A DNA stretch of 63,738 nucleotides from Eledone cirrhosa (GCA_964016885.1 CAXHJY010001138.1:1-63738); one strand, 5' to 3'; numbered from the stretch's first letter, positions 49,838-63,738 are shown. A program made the numbers and translations. The notes: generated by a model from the letters alone, not told the origin.

Positions 49838-50027
49838 GGGTGGTAGATTGGCAGTATCAGTAGAGGGTCGGACGCCATGCTTTCCAGCATAGTTACGTCC
49901 CTTTACGATCTGAGTTCAAATCCTGCCGAGGTTAACTTTGCCTTTCATCCTTACGGGGTCGATAAAATAAAGTACCAGTAATGCACTGGGTAATTGCTGG
50001 CCTTGTGCCTAAAGTAGAGACAATTAT
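49838..50027 (+). mobile_element. tRNA-derived Meta-type SINE
   Basis: Copy of the 16357-16545 family; A and B boxes present. Confidence 0.87.
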
Positions 50028-50211
50028 TGGGTATATATAGTATTGGGTATATATTGAGTATATATAGTATTGACTTCTTACCTAACTGGCAGACAGATCT
50101 GTTACAACAGGTGGGTCTGCATATAATACTGGGTATATATAGTATTAGGTTTTTATATTATATGATATTAGATGTATATAGTATTGGGTATATATAATAT
50201 TGGGTATTATT

Positions 50212-50283
50212 CTATATACTATACATGCACCTTTGAGGAGTTCTAGTGCACCTGAGCACTGTACAGAATAATTTTCATTATTA
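50212..50283 (+). mobile_element. Isolated 3' UTR tip of the CR1-group LINE
   Basis: CTTTGAGGAGTTCTAGTGCACCTGAGCACTGTAC..TTCATTATTA matches the reverse complement of 58039-58110. Confidence 0.75.
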
Positions 50284-50288
50284 TATAG

Positions 50289-53200
50289 GAGAATTACATA
50301 TGTGAGATGTGAGAGGGAAGAAACTGGGAGAGTTACATAGGTGAGATGTGAGAGGGAAGAAACTGGGAGAGTTACATAGGTGAGATGTGAGAGGGAAGAA
50401 ACTGGGAGAGTTACATAGGTAAGATGTGAGAGGGAAGAAACTGGGAGAGTTACATAGGTGAGATGTGAGAGGGAAGAAACTGGGAGAGTAACATAGGTGA
50501 GATGTGGGAGGGAAGAAACTGGGAGAGAGTTACATAGATGAGATGTGAGAGGGAAGAAACTGGGAGAGAGTTACATAGGTTAGATGTGGGAGGGAAGAAA
50601 CTGGGAGAGAGTTACATAGGTGAGATGTGAGAGGGAAGAAACTGGGAGAGAGTTACATAGGTGAGATGTGAGAAGGGAGAAACTGGGAGAGAGTTATATA
50701 GGTGAGATGTGAGAGGGAAGAAACTGGGAGAGAGTTACATAGTTTAGATGTGAAAAGGAAGAAACTATCAAAAGAGAATTACATAGGTGAGATGTGAGAA
50801 GGAAGAAACTGGGAGAGAGTTACATAGGTGATATGTGAGAGGGAAGAAACTATCAGAAGACAGGGACCCAGGTGAGATGTGAAAGGGAAGAAACTATCAG
50901 AAGAGTTACATAGGTGAGATGTGAGAGGGAAGAAACTGGAAGAGAGTTACATAGGTGAGATGTGAGAGGGAAGAAACTAGGAGAAGAGAGTTACATAGGT
51001 GAGATGTGAGAGGGAAGAAACTGGGAGAGAGTTACATAGGTGAGATGTGAGATGGAAGAAACTGGGAGAGAGTTACATAGGTGAGATGTGAGAGGGAAGA
51101 AACTGTCAGAAGAGAGTTACATAGGTGAGATATGAGAGGGGAGAAACTGGGAGAGAGTTACATAGGTGAGATGTGAGAGGGGAGAAACTGGGGGAGAGTT
51201 ACATAGGTGAGATGTGAGAGGGGGGAACTGGAAGAGAGTTACATAGGTGAGATGTGAGAGGGAAGAAACTGGGAGAGTAACATAGGTGAGATGTGGGAGG
51301 GAAGAAACTGGGAGAGCGTTACATAGGTGAGATGTGAGAGGGAAGAAACTGGGAGAGAGTTACATAGGTGAGATGTGAGAGGGAAGAAACTGGGAGAGTT
51401 ACACAGGTGAGATGTGAGAGGGAAGAAACTGGGAGAGAGTTAGATAGGTGAGATGTGAGAGGGAAGAAACTGGGAGAGTTACATAGGTGAGATGTGAGAG
51501 GGAAGAAACTGGGAGAGTTACATAGGTGAGATGTGAGAGGGAAGAAACTGGGAGAGTTACATAGGTGAGATGTGAGAGGGAAGAAACTGGGAGAGTTACA
51601 TAGGTGAGATGTGAGAGGGAAGAAACTGGGAGAGTTACATAGGTGAGATGTGAGAGGGAAGAAACTGGGAGAGTAACAGGTGAGATGTGGGAGGGAAGAA
51701 ACTGGGAGAGAGTTACATAGATGAGATGTGAGAGAGAAGAAACTGGGAGAGAGTTACATAGGTGAGATGTGGGAGTGAAGAAACTGGGAGAGAGTTACAT
51801 AGGTGAGATGTGAGAGGGAAGAAACTGGGAGAGTTACACAGGTGAGATCTGAGAGGGAAGAAACTGGGAGAGAGTTACATAGGTGAGATGTGAGAGGGAA
51901 GAAACTGGGAGAGTTACACAGGTGAGATGTGAGAGGGAAGAAACTGGGAGAGTTACATAGCTGAGATGTGAGAGGGAAGAAACTGGGAGAGAGTTACATA
52001 GGTGAGATGTGAGAGGGAAGAAACTGGGAGAGTTACATAGGTGAGATGTGAGAGGGAAGAAACTGGGAGAGAGTTACATAGGTGAGATGTGAGAGGGAAG
52101 AAACTGGGAGAGAGTTACATAGGTGAGATGTGAGAGGGAAGAAACTGAGAGAGAGTTACATAGGTTAGATGTGAGAGGGAAGAAACTGGGAGAGTTACAT
52201 AGGTGAGATGTGAGAGGGAAGAAACTGGGAGAGAGTTACATAGGTGAGATGTGAGAGGGAAGAAACTGGGAGAGAGTTACATAGGTGAGATGTGAGAGGG
52301 AAGAAACTGGGAGAGTTACATAGGTGAGATGTGAGAGGGAAGAAACTGGGAGAGTTACACAGGTGAGATGTGAGAGGGAAGAAACTGGGAGAGAGTTACA
52401 TAGGTGAGATGTGAGAGGGAAGAAACTGGGAGAGTTACACAGGTGAGATGTGAGAGGGAAGAAACTGGGAGAGTTACACAGGTGAGATGTGAGAGGGAAG
52501 AAACTGGGAGAGAGTTACATAGGTGAGATGTGAGAGGGAAGAAACTGGGAGAGTTACATAGGTGAGATGTGAGAGGGAAGAAACTGGGAGAGTTACATAG
52601 GTGAGATGTGAGAGGGAAGAAACTGGGAGAGTTACATATGTGAGATGTGAGAGGGAAGAAACTGGGAGAGTTACATAGGTGAGATGTGAGAAGGAAGAAA
52701 CTGGGAGAGAGTTACATAGGTGAGATGTGAGAGGGAAGAAACTGGGAGAGTTACACAGGTGAGATGTGAGAGGGAAGAAACTGGGAGAGTTACATAGGTG
52801 AGATGTGAGAGGGAAGAAACTGGGAGAGAGTTACATAGGTGAGATGTGAGAGGGAAGAAACTGGGAGAGAGTTACATAGGTGAGATGTGAGAGGGAAGAA
52901 ACTGGGAGAGTTACATAGGTGAGATGTGAGAGGGAAGAAACTGGGAGAGTTACACAGGTGAGATGTGAGAGGGAAGAAACTGGGAGAGAGTTACATAGGT
53001 GAGATGTGAGAGGGAAGAAACTGGGAGAGTTACACAGGTGAGATGTGAGAGGGAAGAAACTGGGAGAGTTACACAGGTGAGATGTGAGAGGGAAGAAACT
53101 GGGAGAGAGTTACATAGGTGAGATGTGAGAGGGAAGAAACTGGGAGAGAGTTACATAGGTGAGATGTGAGAGGGAAGAAACTGGGAGAGTTACATAGGTG

Positions 53201-53760
53201 AGATGTGAGAGGGAAGAAACTGGGAGAGTTACACAGGTGAGATGTGAGAGGGAAGAAACTGGGAGAAGAGAGTTACATAGGTGAGATGTGAGAGGGAAGA
53301 AACTGGGAGAGAGTTACATAGGTGAGATGTGAGAGGGAAGAAACTGGGAGAGTTACATAGGTGAGATGTGGGAGGGAAGAAACTGCGAGAGAGTTACATA
53401 GGTGAGATGTGAGAGGGAAGAAACTGGGAGAGAGTTACATAGGTGAGATATGAGAGGGAAGAAACTGGGAGAGAGTTACATAGGTGAGATGTGAGAGGGA
53501 AGAAACTGGGAGAGTTACATAGGTGAGATGTGGGAGGGAAGAAACTGCGAGAGAGTTACATAGGTGAGATGTGAGAGGGAAGAAACTGGGAGAGAGTTAC
53601 ATAGGTGAGATATGAGACGGAAGAAACTGGGAGAGAGTTACATAGGTGAGATGTGAGAGGGAAGAAACTGGGAGAGTGTTACATAGGTGAGATGTGAGAG
53701 GGAAGAAACTGGGAGAGAGTTACATAGGTGAGATGTGAGAGGGAAGAAACTATCAGAAGA
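50289..53760. repeat. 3.5-kb purine-rich satellite, 39/41-bp unit GTTACATAGGTGAGATGTGAGAGGGAAGAAACTGGGAGA(GA)
   Basis: Tandem array by direct inspection. Confidence 0.97.
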
Positions 53761-54071
53761 CAACTTGTGATCTTATTTAAGAACTTCAAATGTATGTCTT
53801 GGGCAAATCTGGTAACTTTTTAAAACTAAAAACAGAACGCCATGATGCCTCATCACCTAATCTCCACCCTCACCCAACCACCACACCATCTAAATGACCC
53901 CCTTAGGCCCTGATTAAATATAGAAGGTATGCCGGGAATATATATACAAGTTGAGGCTAAATAAGAAGAGACTGCCCCCTAACACCCTCGCCTTTCGCAT
54001 CAGTCTGCTAAAACCATTGTATATATATTATATAGACGAAGGGTTAAAGGGTGGCATTTCCTCAGACATTG

Positions 54072-54099
54072 CATACATATATATATACATACACAAACA

Positions 54100-54165
<66 letters not shown>

Positions 54166-54173
54166 CACAAACA

Positions 54174-54213
<40 letters not shown>

Positions 54214-54283
54214 CACAAACATCTGTATATATATATATATACACAAACATCTGTATATATATATGTATATACATACACAAACA

Positions 54284-54333
<50 letters not shown>

Positions 54334-54379
54334 CATACACAAACATCTGTATATATATATATATATACATACACAAACA

Positions 54380-54421
<42 letters not shown>

Positions 54422-54552
54422 TGTTTGTGTATGTATATCTATATATATATATATACAGATGTTTGTGTATGTATATATATATATATATACAGATGTTTGT
54501 GTATGTATATGTATATATACATATACATACACAAACATCTGTATATATATAT
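54072..54552. repeat. (TA)n array punctuated by CATACACAAACATCTG, with three units inverted
   Basis: Forward units, then CAGATGTTTGTGTATG three times at about 54418-54505, then forward again. Confidence 0.88.
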
Positions 54553-54664
54553 GTTTGAAGTTCTTAAATACAATCACAGGAATTAGGTGTTGAAATGGCA
54601 AGAGCTCAGCCATCGGGTCCCGACCCTTTAAAATATATATATATATATGACCCTCCCAAAGTAT

Positions 54665-54714
<50 letters not shown>

Positions 54715-54933
54715 GTATAATCGTGAACCTAATAACATTGATTTGTATATCTCTGTTTACCTTCATATATATGTGTGTAGTAGTAGTGTTGGCACTCCCT
54801 GCTGGCACTGCTTCTATACACTGCTACACTCTAGTCAGCTCTACTACTTCTTACATATTAACCTACCTCGCATTTATACACTTGGGACCTTTACTTCCCT
54901 GGCACTCATACATTTTAATATCATTACTATATA

Positions 54934-54977
<44 letters not shown>

Positions 54978-55146
54978 GTTATATATATGTATGCATATTA
55001 TAAAAAGAAACACACACACACACATACACATATATATATATATGTATGTATATATATATATATAGTTCAAGATTAAAAAAGACAAACAGAGATACAATTA
55101 CACAAAATCTAATTAGTTTCATGCCTGTTGGAATAGGAAAAGGAAT

Positions 55147-55181
55147 GTCTCAACATATCGGATGTTAGTCCTTTATCAGGA
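55147..55181 (-). ncRNA. Decayed hammerhead-like motif of the AACGUU family
   Basis: CUGAUAAAGGACUAACAUCCGAUAUGUUGAGA, with core mutations. Confidence 0.4.
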
Positions 55182-55431
55182 GTGAGTAAGGTAAGGTGAG
55201 GGGTAAGTAGCCTGGTGTGTAGGGTGGTGTGCCAATGTGGTTATCGAGTATTTCCACATATAAGGGAGGCTCTAACAGGTCTCAACAGTTAAGGGCATCG
55301 TAGTGGCATTCAGCAATTTCTAGGGTATTTTAAAAGCTGGTGGAGCCCAGCTCTCCAGGTCTGAGTACAGCAGATTTCTTTCAGAGAAGGATAGAGAGTG
55401 AGAGTGGAAATGAAAAAGATATATAGAGGAA

Positions 55432-55592
55432 GAATTGACCCCAGTACTACACTGGTACTTTATTTATTGACCTCAAATGGATGAAAGATAAAGTTGACCT
55501 TGGCAGGATTTTAACTCAGAAAGTAGAGATCCAGAACAAATACCACACGGTATTCTATCTGATGTTCTAACAACTCTGTCGATTTGCTGCCT
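55432..55592 (-). mobile_element. Divergent Meta-type SINE
   Basis: CTGGTACTTTATTTATTGACC..GGATGAAAG..AAAGTTGACCTTGGCAGGATTTTAACTCAGA. Confidence 0.75.
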
Positions 55593-55696
55593 ATTATATA
55601 TATATATATGTAAAAAGTAAACAGAAATAAGAACACAATCGCTACAGTATATGGAAGCAATATATTAGTTTAACGCTTGAAATAGCAAGAAGAGAG

Positions 55697-55732
55697 TCTT
55701 AACGTTTCGAACACTAGTCCTTCATCAGAAAA
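55697..55732 (-). ncRNA. Minimal type I hammerhead in a PLE terminal fragment (about 55610-55800)
   Basis: UUUU-CUGAUGA-a-GGAC(uagu)GUUC-GAAA-CG-UU-AAGA. Flank is homologous to 43511-43600. Confidence 0.75.
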
Positions 55733-56329
55733 AAGAATGAGAAATTAGAAAGATTGAAGGGACAGGCAGGGCGGAATCAGAAAAAATGTTTTTAGAGAAA
55801 AATAATAGCTCCATTCATGTTGCCTCCCTTGGAAAACTGTTGATGCTGGTGTTTTGTATATATTTCTGCCTCTATTTAAATTGTCCTCAGTATTTATCCC
55901 TTTATCTCACTAACCTTGCTTCTTTCTGTCTCTTCTGACCTTTAATATCATTTTTATATCTTGTCAGCTTTATCTTAATATATGGTCAAACCTCCCACAC
56001 CAAACCTTTATAATATGGCTGGAGCCTATACCCTAAGACAGGTTTCATGTCTTACACAGAGATGTCGGCTTTCTTATTGTAATCATCTGTTGACCAAGTA
56101 GATTCCAGAAGTGAGCCTCATCTATTCCGTAACTACTTACAGCTCACAGCATCAGTTGTTAGCTGCTGGGACACTGCATCCTTCAAAACCTCCATCCTCC
56201 CTGAAATTTGCCAACACTACACCTGATATTTCCCCTCCATACACACGCACACGTCTGTGCATATGTGTGTGTGTGTGTGTGCATATGTGTGTATGTGTAT
56301 GCATATGTGTGTGTGTCTGTGTTTATATA

Positions 56330-56492
56330 TCCACACTGTAAACGTGGTTGGTGTTAGGAAGGGCATCCAGCCGTAGAAAACCAGCCAGATAGTCCTATAT
56401 GAGCGAGACAACCAATCTTGCCTCAAGTGGGACAATTCCCGTCTAAACCCATGCTAGCGTGGAAGATAGACGTTAAACGTTGATGATGATGA
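56330..56492 (+). mobile_element. RTE 3' tail fragment
   Basis: Matches 4600-4750, including the (GAT)n end. Confidence 0.85.
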
Positions 56493-56600
56493 CTCGTACA
56501 CTGTTCACTTCCCTGACATTTGTACATTATTCTATGTACTATACATACACCTTTGATGAGTTGTAGTACACCTGAGCACTGTACACAATAATCTTCATTA
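56490..56600 (+). mobile_element. Isolated 3' UTR of the CR1-group LINE
   Basis: Reverse complement of 58039-58157. Confidence 0.8.
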
Positions 56601-56606
56601 TATATT

Positions 56607-56792
56607 GGATTGGCAGTATCGGTAGAGGGTCGGACGCCATGCTTTGAAGCATAGAGTTACGGCCCTTTATGATCTGAGTGCAAATCCCGCCGAGGTTAAC
56701 TTTGCCTTTCATCCTTACGGGGTCGATAAAATAAAGTACCAGTAATACACTGGGATAATTGCTGGCCTTGTGCCAAAATTAGAAACAATTAT
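56607..56792 (+). mobile_element. tRNA-derived Meta-type SINE
   Basis: Third near-identical copy of the family. Confidence 0.87.
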
Positions 56793-57076
56793 ATATATAT
56801 ATATGTGTGTGTGTTTATTGGTTGTTTACCTTTTGTCGTCAGTCGGCCACCGTACCAGTGGGACTTGCTTCACACTTGCTCCCTTAAGTAAACAATATAG
56901 TCTCCCTCAAGGGAGAATTGCTGTTCTATATAGCATGGTTTGGTCACTTTCTATAACTTGTCTGTATATCACCTTAATAACAGTGGAATCATTAAAATGT
57001 CATTAATTATCAGATATAACATTAGATGTACAAGCTGAGTGGAAAGATATATAGCATATATGTGTATATCTATATG

Positions 57077-58038
57077 CATCATCATCATCATCGTTTTACG
57101 TCTATTCTTCCACGCTAGCATGGGTTAGACAGGTTGTCCTGTTGTGAGCAATGCCAGGTCAGGTGACCATGTCTTGCTCATACGGGAACTGATGCTGGCT
57201 TGATTTCTACAGCTGGATGCCCTTCCTAACACCAACCTCATTTACAGTGAGTGTTGGGTGCTTTTTTGCCATGGCACCTACACGACCACTTTGCAGTGGG
57301 AGGGGGTGGGGGCATATTGTCTATATGCTTCAGCTTCTGCTTGTACCCGTGGGGAGTCGGGTCTTCTGTATTACTGCATAGCTCCAGAGGTCTCGGTCCT
57401 GTGTCCTTGCTCTTGAGAGGTGCAATTGGGTAAGATCGGCTTTTATCACTTCATCCCAGGTCTTCTTGGGTCTCCCCACTCCGTGGCTTCCATCGATTTC
57501 TAGTGCTCTGCACTTTTTTATGCAGCTGTCATCCTTCATTTGCATCACATGTCCATACCAAAAGCATTTGATTCCTCTCATGCTCAGTCTCTCTCTAAAT
57601 TCATTTATGCTTTGCCGTTTGCGTATATTACTATTACACATCCATCGAGCTTGCAGATTTCGTTTCTTTCTAATCTACGCAAGTCTTCTACACACAGCGC
57701 CCAGGTCTGACTACCATGTAACATTGCTTCATATGCACGCATCATACAGTCTGCCTTTCATTTTGAGGGAAAAGCCTTTTGTAGCCAGTAGTGGAAGTAG
57801 CTCCCTGAACTTCTTCCATCCCGTTCTTACCCTGGTTACTGTACTTTCTGAACACCCACCTCCGCTGCTAATGTGGTCACCTAGGTAGCAGAAGCTGTCT
57901 ACTGTTTCTACAGAGCCCTCCCAGAGTTTGGTGGTACTTGTTTTCTGTGGCTGTTTGCTGCTTGCTGTCCCAGCACAGCTGCTACATGTGAAGCCTACAT
58001 TCTTAATTAAGCTTCCTGAGATCCCGCTACATCTCTTG
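57077..58038 (-). mobile_element. RTE 3' fragment truncated within the PHD insert
   Basis: ORFs 57330-57641 and 57729-58127 (KRCSGISGSLIKNVGFTCSSC..FCYLG); (GAT)n tail. Confidence 0.92.
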
Positions 58039-60778
58039 TAATAATAATAATGAAAATATTGTGTACAGTGCTCAGGTGCACTACAACTCATCAAAAGTGT
58101 ATGTATAGTACATAGGGTAATGTACAAACGTCAGGAAAATGAACAGTGCATGAGTCATGATATACACATCCTCGGCCTTCTTGACAATTTTAGAGATGTG
58201 CTTTGTCCAACGCAAATCGCTGCTGACAATAATGCCAAGGTCACGTTCACAAGGGGACTTCTTGATATCAGTGTTGTGGAGGGAGTATGTGGACGCTGGA
58301 TTTTTCCTCCCAAAATGCATGGTGGTACACTAGTCCACAGCCAGCTTCAGTTGCCAGTCTGTGATCCATTGCTGCATTGTGTCCAGGTTTGATTGTAGGA
58401 AAGAGTTGTAGATTTCAGGATCAGTCCTTTTGATTTCAAGCTACAGCTTGATATCATCTGCATATTTCAGTACCGTGGCATTCTTTAAGTTAGCATCTAT
58501 GTCATTAGTATATGCCACAAACAAAAGGGGACCAAGAACAGATCCCTGTGGTACACCAGATGACATCTCATATGGTGAAGAATGCTGTCCTAGAACCATG
58601 ACTACCTCTTTTCGACTGAGAATGATTCGACTGAGAATGAAGGACTTCAACCAGTTAAAAAGATCATCCTTCACACCCATTGCAGAGAGTTTCGCCATAA
58701 GTCTTTTGTGTGGCACAGAAATTACCCATGTAAACAACATCCACCAATGAGCCGCTGTCAGTGATCCGGGTAATGTCTTCAAGGATGTCGATAAGCTGAT
58801 CACAGCAGCTGGAGTTAGGGATAAATCCAAATTGCGAGGGCCGGATGAGGTTGTGAGAGCTCCAGAAGTTCCAAAATCTCTCTCTGACACAGGATTCCAT
58901 CAGTTCGGCAATACAGCTAGTAAGACTGTCTGGACGATAGTTGACAGGTGATGTGCGGTTTCCCTTTTTGAACAGGGGAATGACACTGGCAGTTTTCCAC
59001 TGCTCCGGAGTAGCACCATTGTTGAGACAGTATTGAAAGAAGAAAGAAAGCTGGTGCAAAAGGAAGTACCCGCCACGTTTGAGAAGTAGGTATGTAACAC
59101 CATCAAGACCAGGGGAGGCATAGTTGCGCTTATTCTTAAGGTGACGTTGCAACATTGCAGGTGTAAATTCCATAGTTGTTATGGAATTTGATGTTAGAGA
59201 TGGTGGAGATGGTACATTCTGGTTTTCAACAGTAAAAATACTTGCATAGCACTCAGCAATGATTTCTGCACATTCTTTGGGATCGTCAGTGATCTGGCTT
59301 GTGTGGGGATTGCGAAGAGGACCAACTGGAGAGTGAGGTCTCTGCTTTGAATGAACATATTTCCAGAACACTTTACTGTCAGGATTGGTTGCTATGCACT
59401 GTTCAAATTCAAGCACTGCCTTTCTTGTCACTTGCTTGAGATGGTTGGAAGATTTATTCCGCTTTTTTCTGTTGGCATCTGATTTATGCAGTTTATATTC
59501 CCGTTCAGCATCCCAACGTTCTTTCCTGGCAAGTTGGACCGCTGAAGTTTCCCAAATTGCACTTTTGGGGTGGTTTTTTTCTGCTTACGTGGCACTGATG
59601 CTGCACACGCTATCCATATTGAGTCCAGGATGCTCTAGAGTATAGTGTTCACATCTCCAGAGTTATAGAACTCATGCCAGTTTGGGCGTTGTAGTTCAGT
59701 GCAGTACAAGTTCCAATCTGCTTTCTTCCAATCAAAGCAAACAGATTGGAGATGGTTCTGGTGTTTGTTGCTGCCCGCAAGAGCCAGATTGGCAATGATC
59801 ATAGCATGATCAGAGGCGCCTAGAGGTTCCTCAGTAGAACAACTGATAACCACTTCAGGAGTAGTGGTGAAGAGCAGGTACAAAGTGTTGTCACCTCTTG
59901 TTGGAGAGGTGACTACTTGTGACCAGTTTGAGTCCAGCACTAGCTCAAGAAATCGTTTGCACTTTGTGGCCAACGAAAGGTTTCCCAATCGATCTCAGGA
60001 TGCTTGAAGTCCTCTGCAATAAACACATAAGTGGCTGTTTCCTGCCAGCAGCTCTGAAGATATCACAAAGTTGTGTGTCCTGATGGTAGTTTGAGAGGGG
60101 GGGGGGGCGATAAACAACACCAAGCAGAAGAGTTGACATGGTCATACGTATATCACAGAAAAAAACTTCTTGTGATTCATTCAAATCAACGCAAGGAATT
60201 ACCGAAAAATTTGAACGAACGTAGACCATCACACCACCACCACGGTGATTAATGTAGTCCTTGCGGAACAGGTTGTACCCAGTAATGTTGAAAACCCCAT
60301 TACCCCATGTTTCCGTGACTGTGATGAAGTCAGGGGTCGATGCTTCTGACATAGGAGTTAAACAGATGTATCTTGTTGCATAAACTGTGAGCATTTAAAG
60401 ACAACAATTTGTACTCTACTTACAGTTTATGATGAGTCTGGGTTTGGGACCAAGTCGACCAAGGCGGAGAGCACCCTTTGGGGGAACACAGCCTATGTCT
60501 TTGGCTGAGCTGGCAGCAAATGCCTGAAGATCAGCCTTGTCATCTGGTACCCCAATGACAATTACTTCATGGGTAGCAGATTCCGCGGTCTTATCAGTGT
60601 GCTCAGATACGGCAAGAGGTACAGGGAGATTCTTTAGCAAGGGCATTCCGATAAGACCCCTCATTGTGGGGTCCTACCCGAATGCTTGCCTTTATTCCTG
60701 TTACTTCCCTTCTTAAAGCAGAAATAATTTGTTGCAATTCTGCAAAATCTGTACTGGTTGATTGTTGTTGCTGTTGCT

Positions 60779-60809
<31 letters not shown>

Positions 60810-61440
60810 ATGATGTTCCTCCACGGGAATGCTAGGGGAAGACACAGTCGTTGGTTGTTGGTGTCGAGATGTACTGGGAGCGGAAGACATGGGTTGTTGT
60901 TGTTTCTAATGTTCTTCCACAGGAATAGCAGTAGAAGCCAGTGTCATAGGTTTTTGCCCGTTGTTCAGTAACAATGGTAGAGGAAGACACAGTCATCGGG
61001 TTTTTGTTGTTGTTGTTGTTGTTTTTCAATAACATTGGTGGAGGCAGGCACACAGGCCAGGCACTGAAAGGACCAAGATTTTAGCTGGACCATCTCCCAG
61101 AGTCCATCCATCATGATGTCTCTTTTTGGGGCCTGGGATCCCCGGAAGCCTGTGGCGCATTGAAGGCAGACAGAGATGCGACAGGTTCCACATTCGACCC
61201 AGCGATTACGGAACGAGTTTTCGGGTTCCGAACAGATATGGCAGGTGTGATTTTCTGGGCAATGTTCTATTTTGGAACATCGACCAGTTTTGTCGCATAC
61301 TTCATCCATGGATATCACCATGGCAATTTTGTTATTTCTGCCCATCCGTAGAAAAACACAGAATGTAAACAATATAGGTTTATATTGTTTGTTTTTTTTT
61401 GTGTAGTTTTTGTTTCCGTTTTCCTAAATATTGTGTGTGT
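58039..61440 (-). mobile_element. CR1-group LINE, near full length but decayed (ORF1 PHD/coiled-coil/RRM-like; ORF2 APE + RT)
   Basis: ORF1: Cys-rich finger 61052-61243, polyQ, coiled coil, VIVIGVPD..LRLG..KPRLI. ORF2: VTETW, RGGGV, VYRPP, PTRG, SDH, SPGLDG, QFGF, GVPQGSVLGPLLF, YADD. (ATT)n tail. Confidence 0.9.
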
Positions 61441-61497
61441 GTGTGTACAAAAGGATCTGCGCATGTATGTATAATTAAAAAATAAAGTATGTATATA

Positions 61498-61607
61498 CTA
61501 GCTGGCCTATCCGGCTGGCCTATCCGGCTGGCACCCGGCTAGGTATACCTTCCCCTACCACTCCCACTGCAAAGATACCACACACCCTCCCGTGTCACAT
61601 TGACCTT

Positions 61608-61660
<53 letters not shown>

Positions 61661-61768
61661 AATAACTAACACTTTAAATTGTATCTCTCTCTGTCTAACG
61701 GCCTATCTCTCTCTTTTTCCCCTCCCTCGGTTTTTCTGTCTCTCTCTGTACTCTTTCCTCTCTCTCTC

Positions 61769-61816
<48 letters not shown>

Positions 61817-62042
61817 ATATTGAAGGGAGATACGGAAACTAAAACAGTGTTGTCATATAGAGAGTGAAGAGCGACAGAGAGAGTAAAGCAGTTAAATTAT
61901 AGAGAGGGGGAATGATCTTACATACATACATATAAAGTATAGATATGTATGTATGTGTGTTTGTGTATGTTTGTATGTGCATGTGTGTGTCTGTTTTGTT
62001 TTGATGTTATCCGGCAACTGGCGAAATCAGGTGTGAAAGTAT

Positions 62043-62081
<39 letters not shown>

Positions 62082-62257
62082 TGTGTGTGTGTGTCTGTGT
62101 GTGTGTGGTCTGTGTGTGTTACTTATGCGAGCGACGACAGAAAAAGTGTGTGGGATACATACATTATTATCTTTGTCTGTATTTTTCGTTCTGCAACCAT
62201 TATATTATATTTGTATCCAAATGATTTTAGATGTATGTATTACTTGCTTGCCCGTCC

Positions 62258-62331
<74 letters not shown>

Positions 62332-62806
62332 CTCTCTCTCTCTCTCCTCTCTCTCTCTTTAGATGTGTGTGTGTGTAGTTTTCCTAATCTGTCTCTTTCA
62401 CTCTCTGTCTCTCTAAGAGGGTTGCCTTTTGATGTATGTATTACCTGCTTGTGTGTTGACCGAATTTGAAGGAGGTTATCCTTTTGAAATAAACATACAT
62501 ACGAAGCTCACGGAAAGTAAAAGAGTGTTGTCATATAGAGAGAGAGGAGAGACAGAGAGTAAAGCAGTTAATTTATAGAGAGGGTGAAAGAGGGAGAGAG
62601 AGAGAGAGAGAGAGACGACGCTCAGCTTTATAATATTAGAGAGTGAAGAGCGATAGAGAGAGTAAAGCAGTTAAATTATAGAGAGGGGGATGATCTATTA
62701 TAGAGAGAGGGAAGAGCGACGGAGAGAGTAAAGCTAAGAAACTATAGGGAGGTGTGTAGGATACATACATAATACACACGACACTCAGTTTTATAATACT
62801 ATAGGT
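61498..62806 (-). mobile_element. Probable non-autonomous Helitron-like element with internal repeats and microsatellites
   Basis: CTAG at 61498 with an adjacent GC hairpin. Far end ACGACACTCAGTTTTATAATA resembles the 15330-15357 end. Internal AGAGAGTAAAGCAGTTAAATTATAGAGAG repeats. Confidence 0.5.
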
Positions 62807-63250
62807 ATAACCCATGTAAGCACGGGGAATAGATTTTAAACAGAAATGAAGTCAGTGGTTTTACTGGAGTTTACGATACTTTCATTATAGTCTCTCACAC
62901 CAAATAGTGTGATTTATTTTCACTTTGTGTGTATATATGTGTATGCTACATATAGATATGTGTGTATGTTGCTGTTTTATAGAGTTTGGATGTACTTACT
63001 GTCGTCCAACGTCGATTTTGTGATATTTTTCATACTGGTTTTATAAGTAAGGGAAAAGTTAAACTCTTCTTACATATATTGGGCTGTGTCCAATAGATGA
63101 CAGCAGCAAAGAGTCAGTTTGAGTATATATATACCTCTGTGTATCCGATCTAATTAGTTTCAGTTTATATATCCGTGTGTATGACCAGTAAACAATGATG
63201 GTAAACAACGTCCCGAAAATATGATGACTGTTGTTAATACACGTCTCGAA

Positions 63251-63738
<488 letters not shown>

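Noticed and set aside
53985-54010. CTGATG..GAAA on the minus strand
   Set aside because: No stem II and an incomplete core; not a hammerhead.

Overview
Repeat-saturated, AT-rich animal genomic DNA. The SINE families, RTE load and (TA)n density resemble a coleoid cephalopod such as Octopus; this is an inference from recalled repeat consensus, not a database match. No host gene exon could be supported. The window is a mosaic of decayed non-LTR retrotransposons: five RTE copies plus tails, two Tx1/L1-like copies, one CR1-group element and an R4/Dong-like RLE fragment. It also holds a near-complete Penelope-like element (PLE; RT + GIY-YIG), tRNA-derived SINEs, non-autonomous Helitron-like elements, three multi-kb satellites, several minisatellites and many (TA)n tracts. 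The most interesting signals are: (1) about ten minimal type I hammerhead ribozyme motifs, including a U3-A8 covariant, with three unrelated families sitting in long hairpin-plus-tail palindromes inserted in (TA)n; (2) a C4HC3 PHD finger inserted inside the RT domain of the RTE family; (3) a Tx1 family flanked by (GATA)n at both ends of both copies; (4) a minisatellite made of perfect CRE palindromes. The very long ORFs in the track come from satellites and are not genes.
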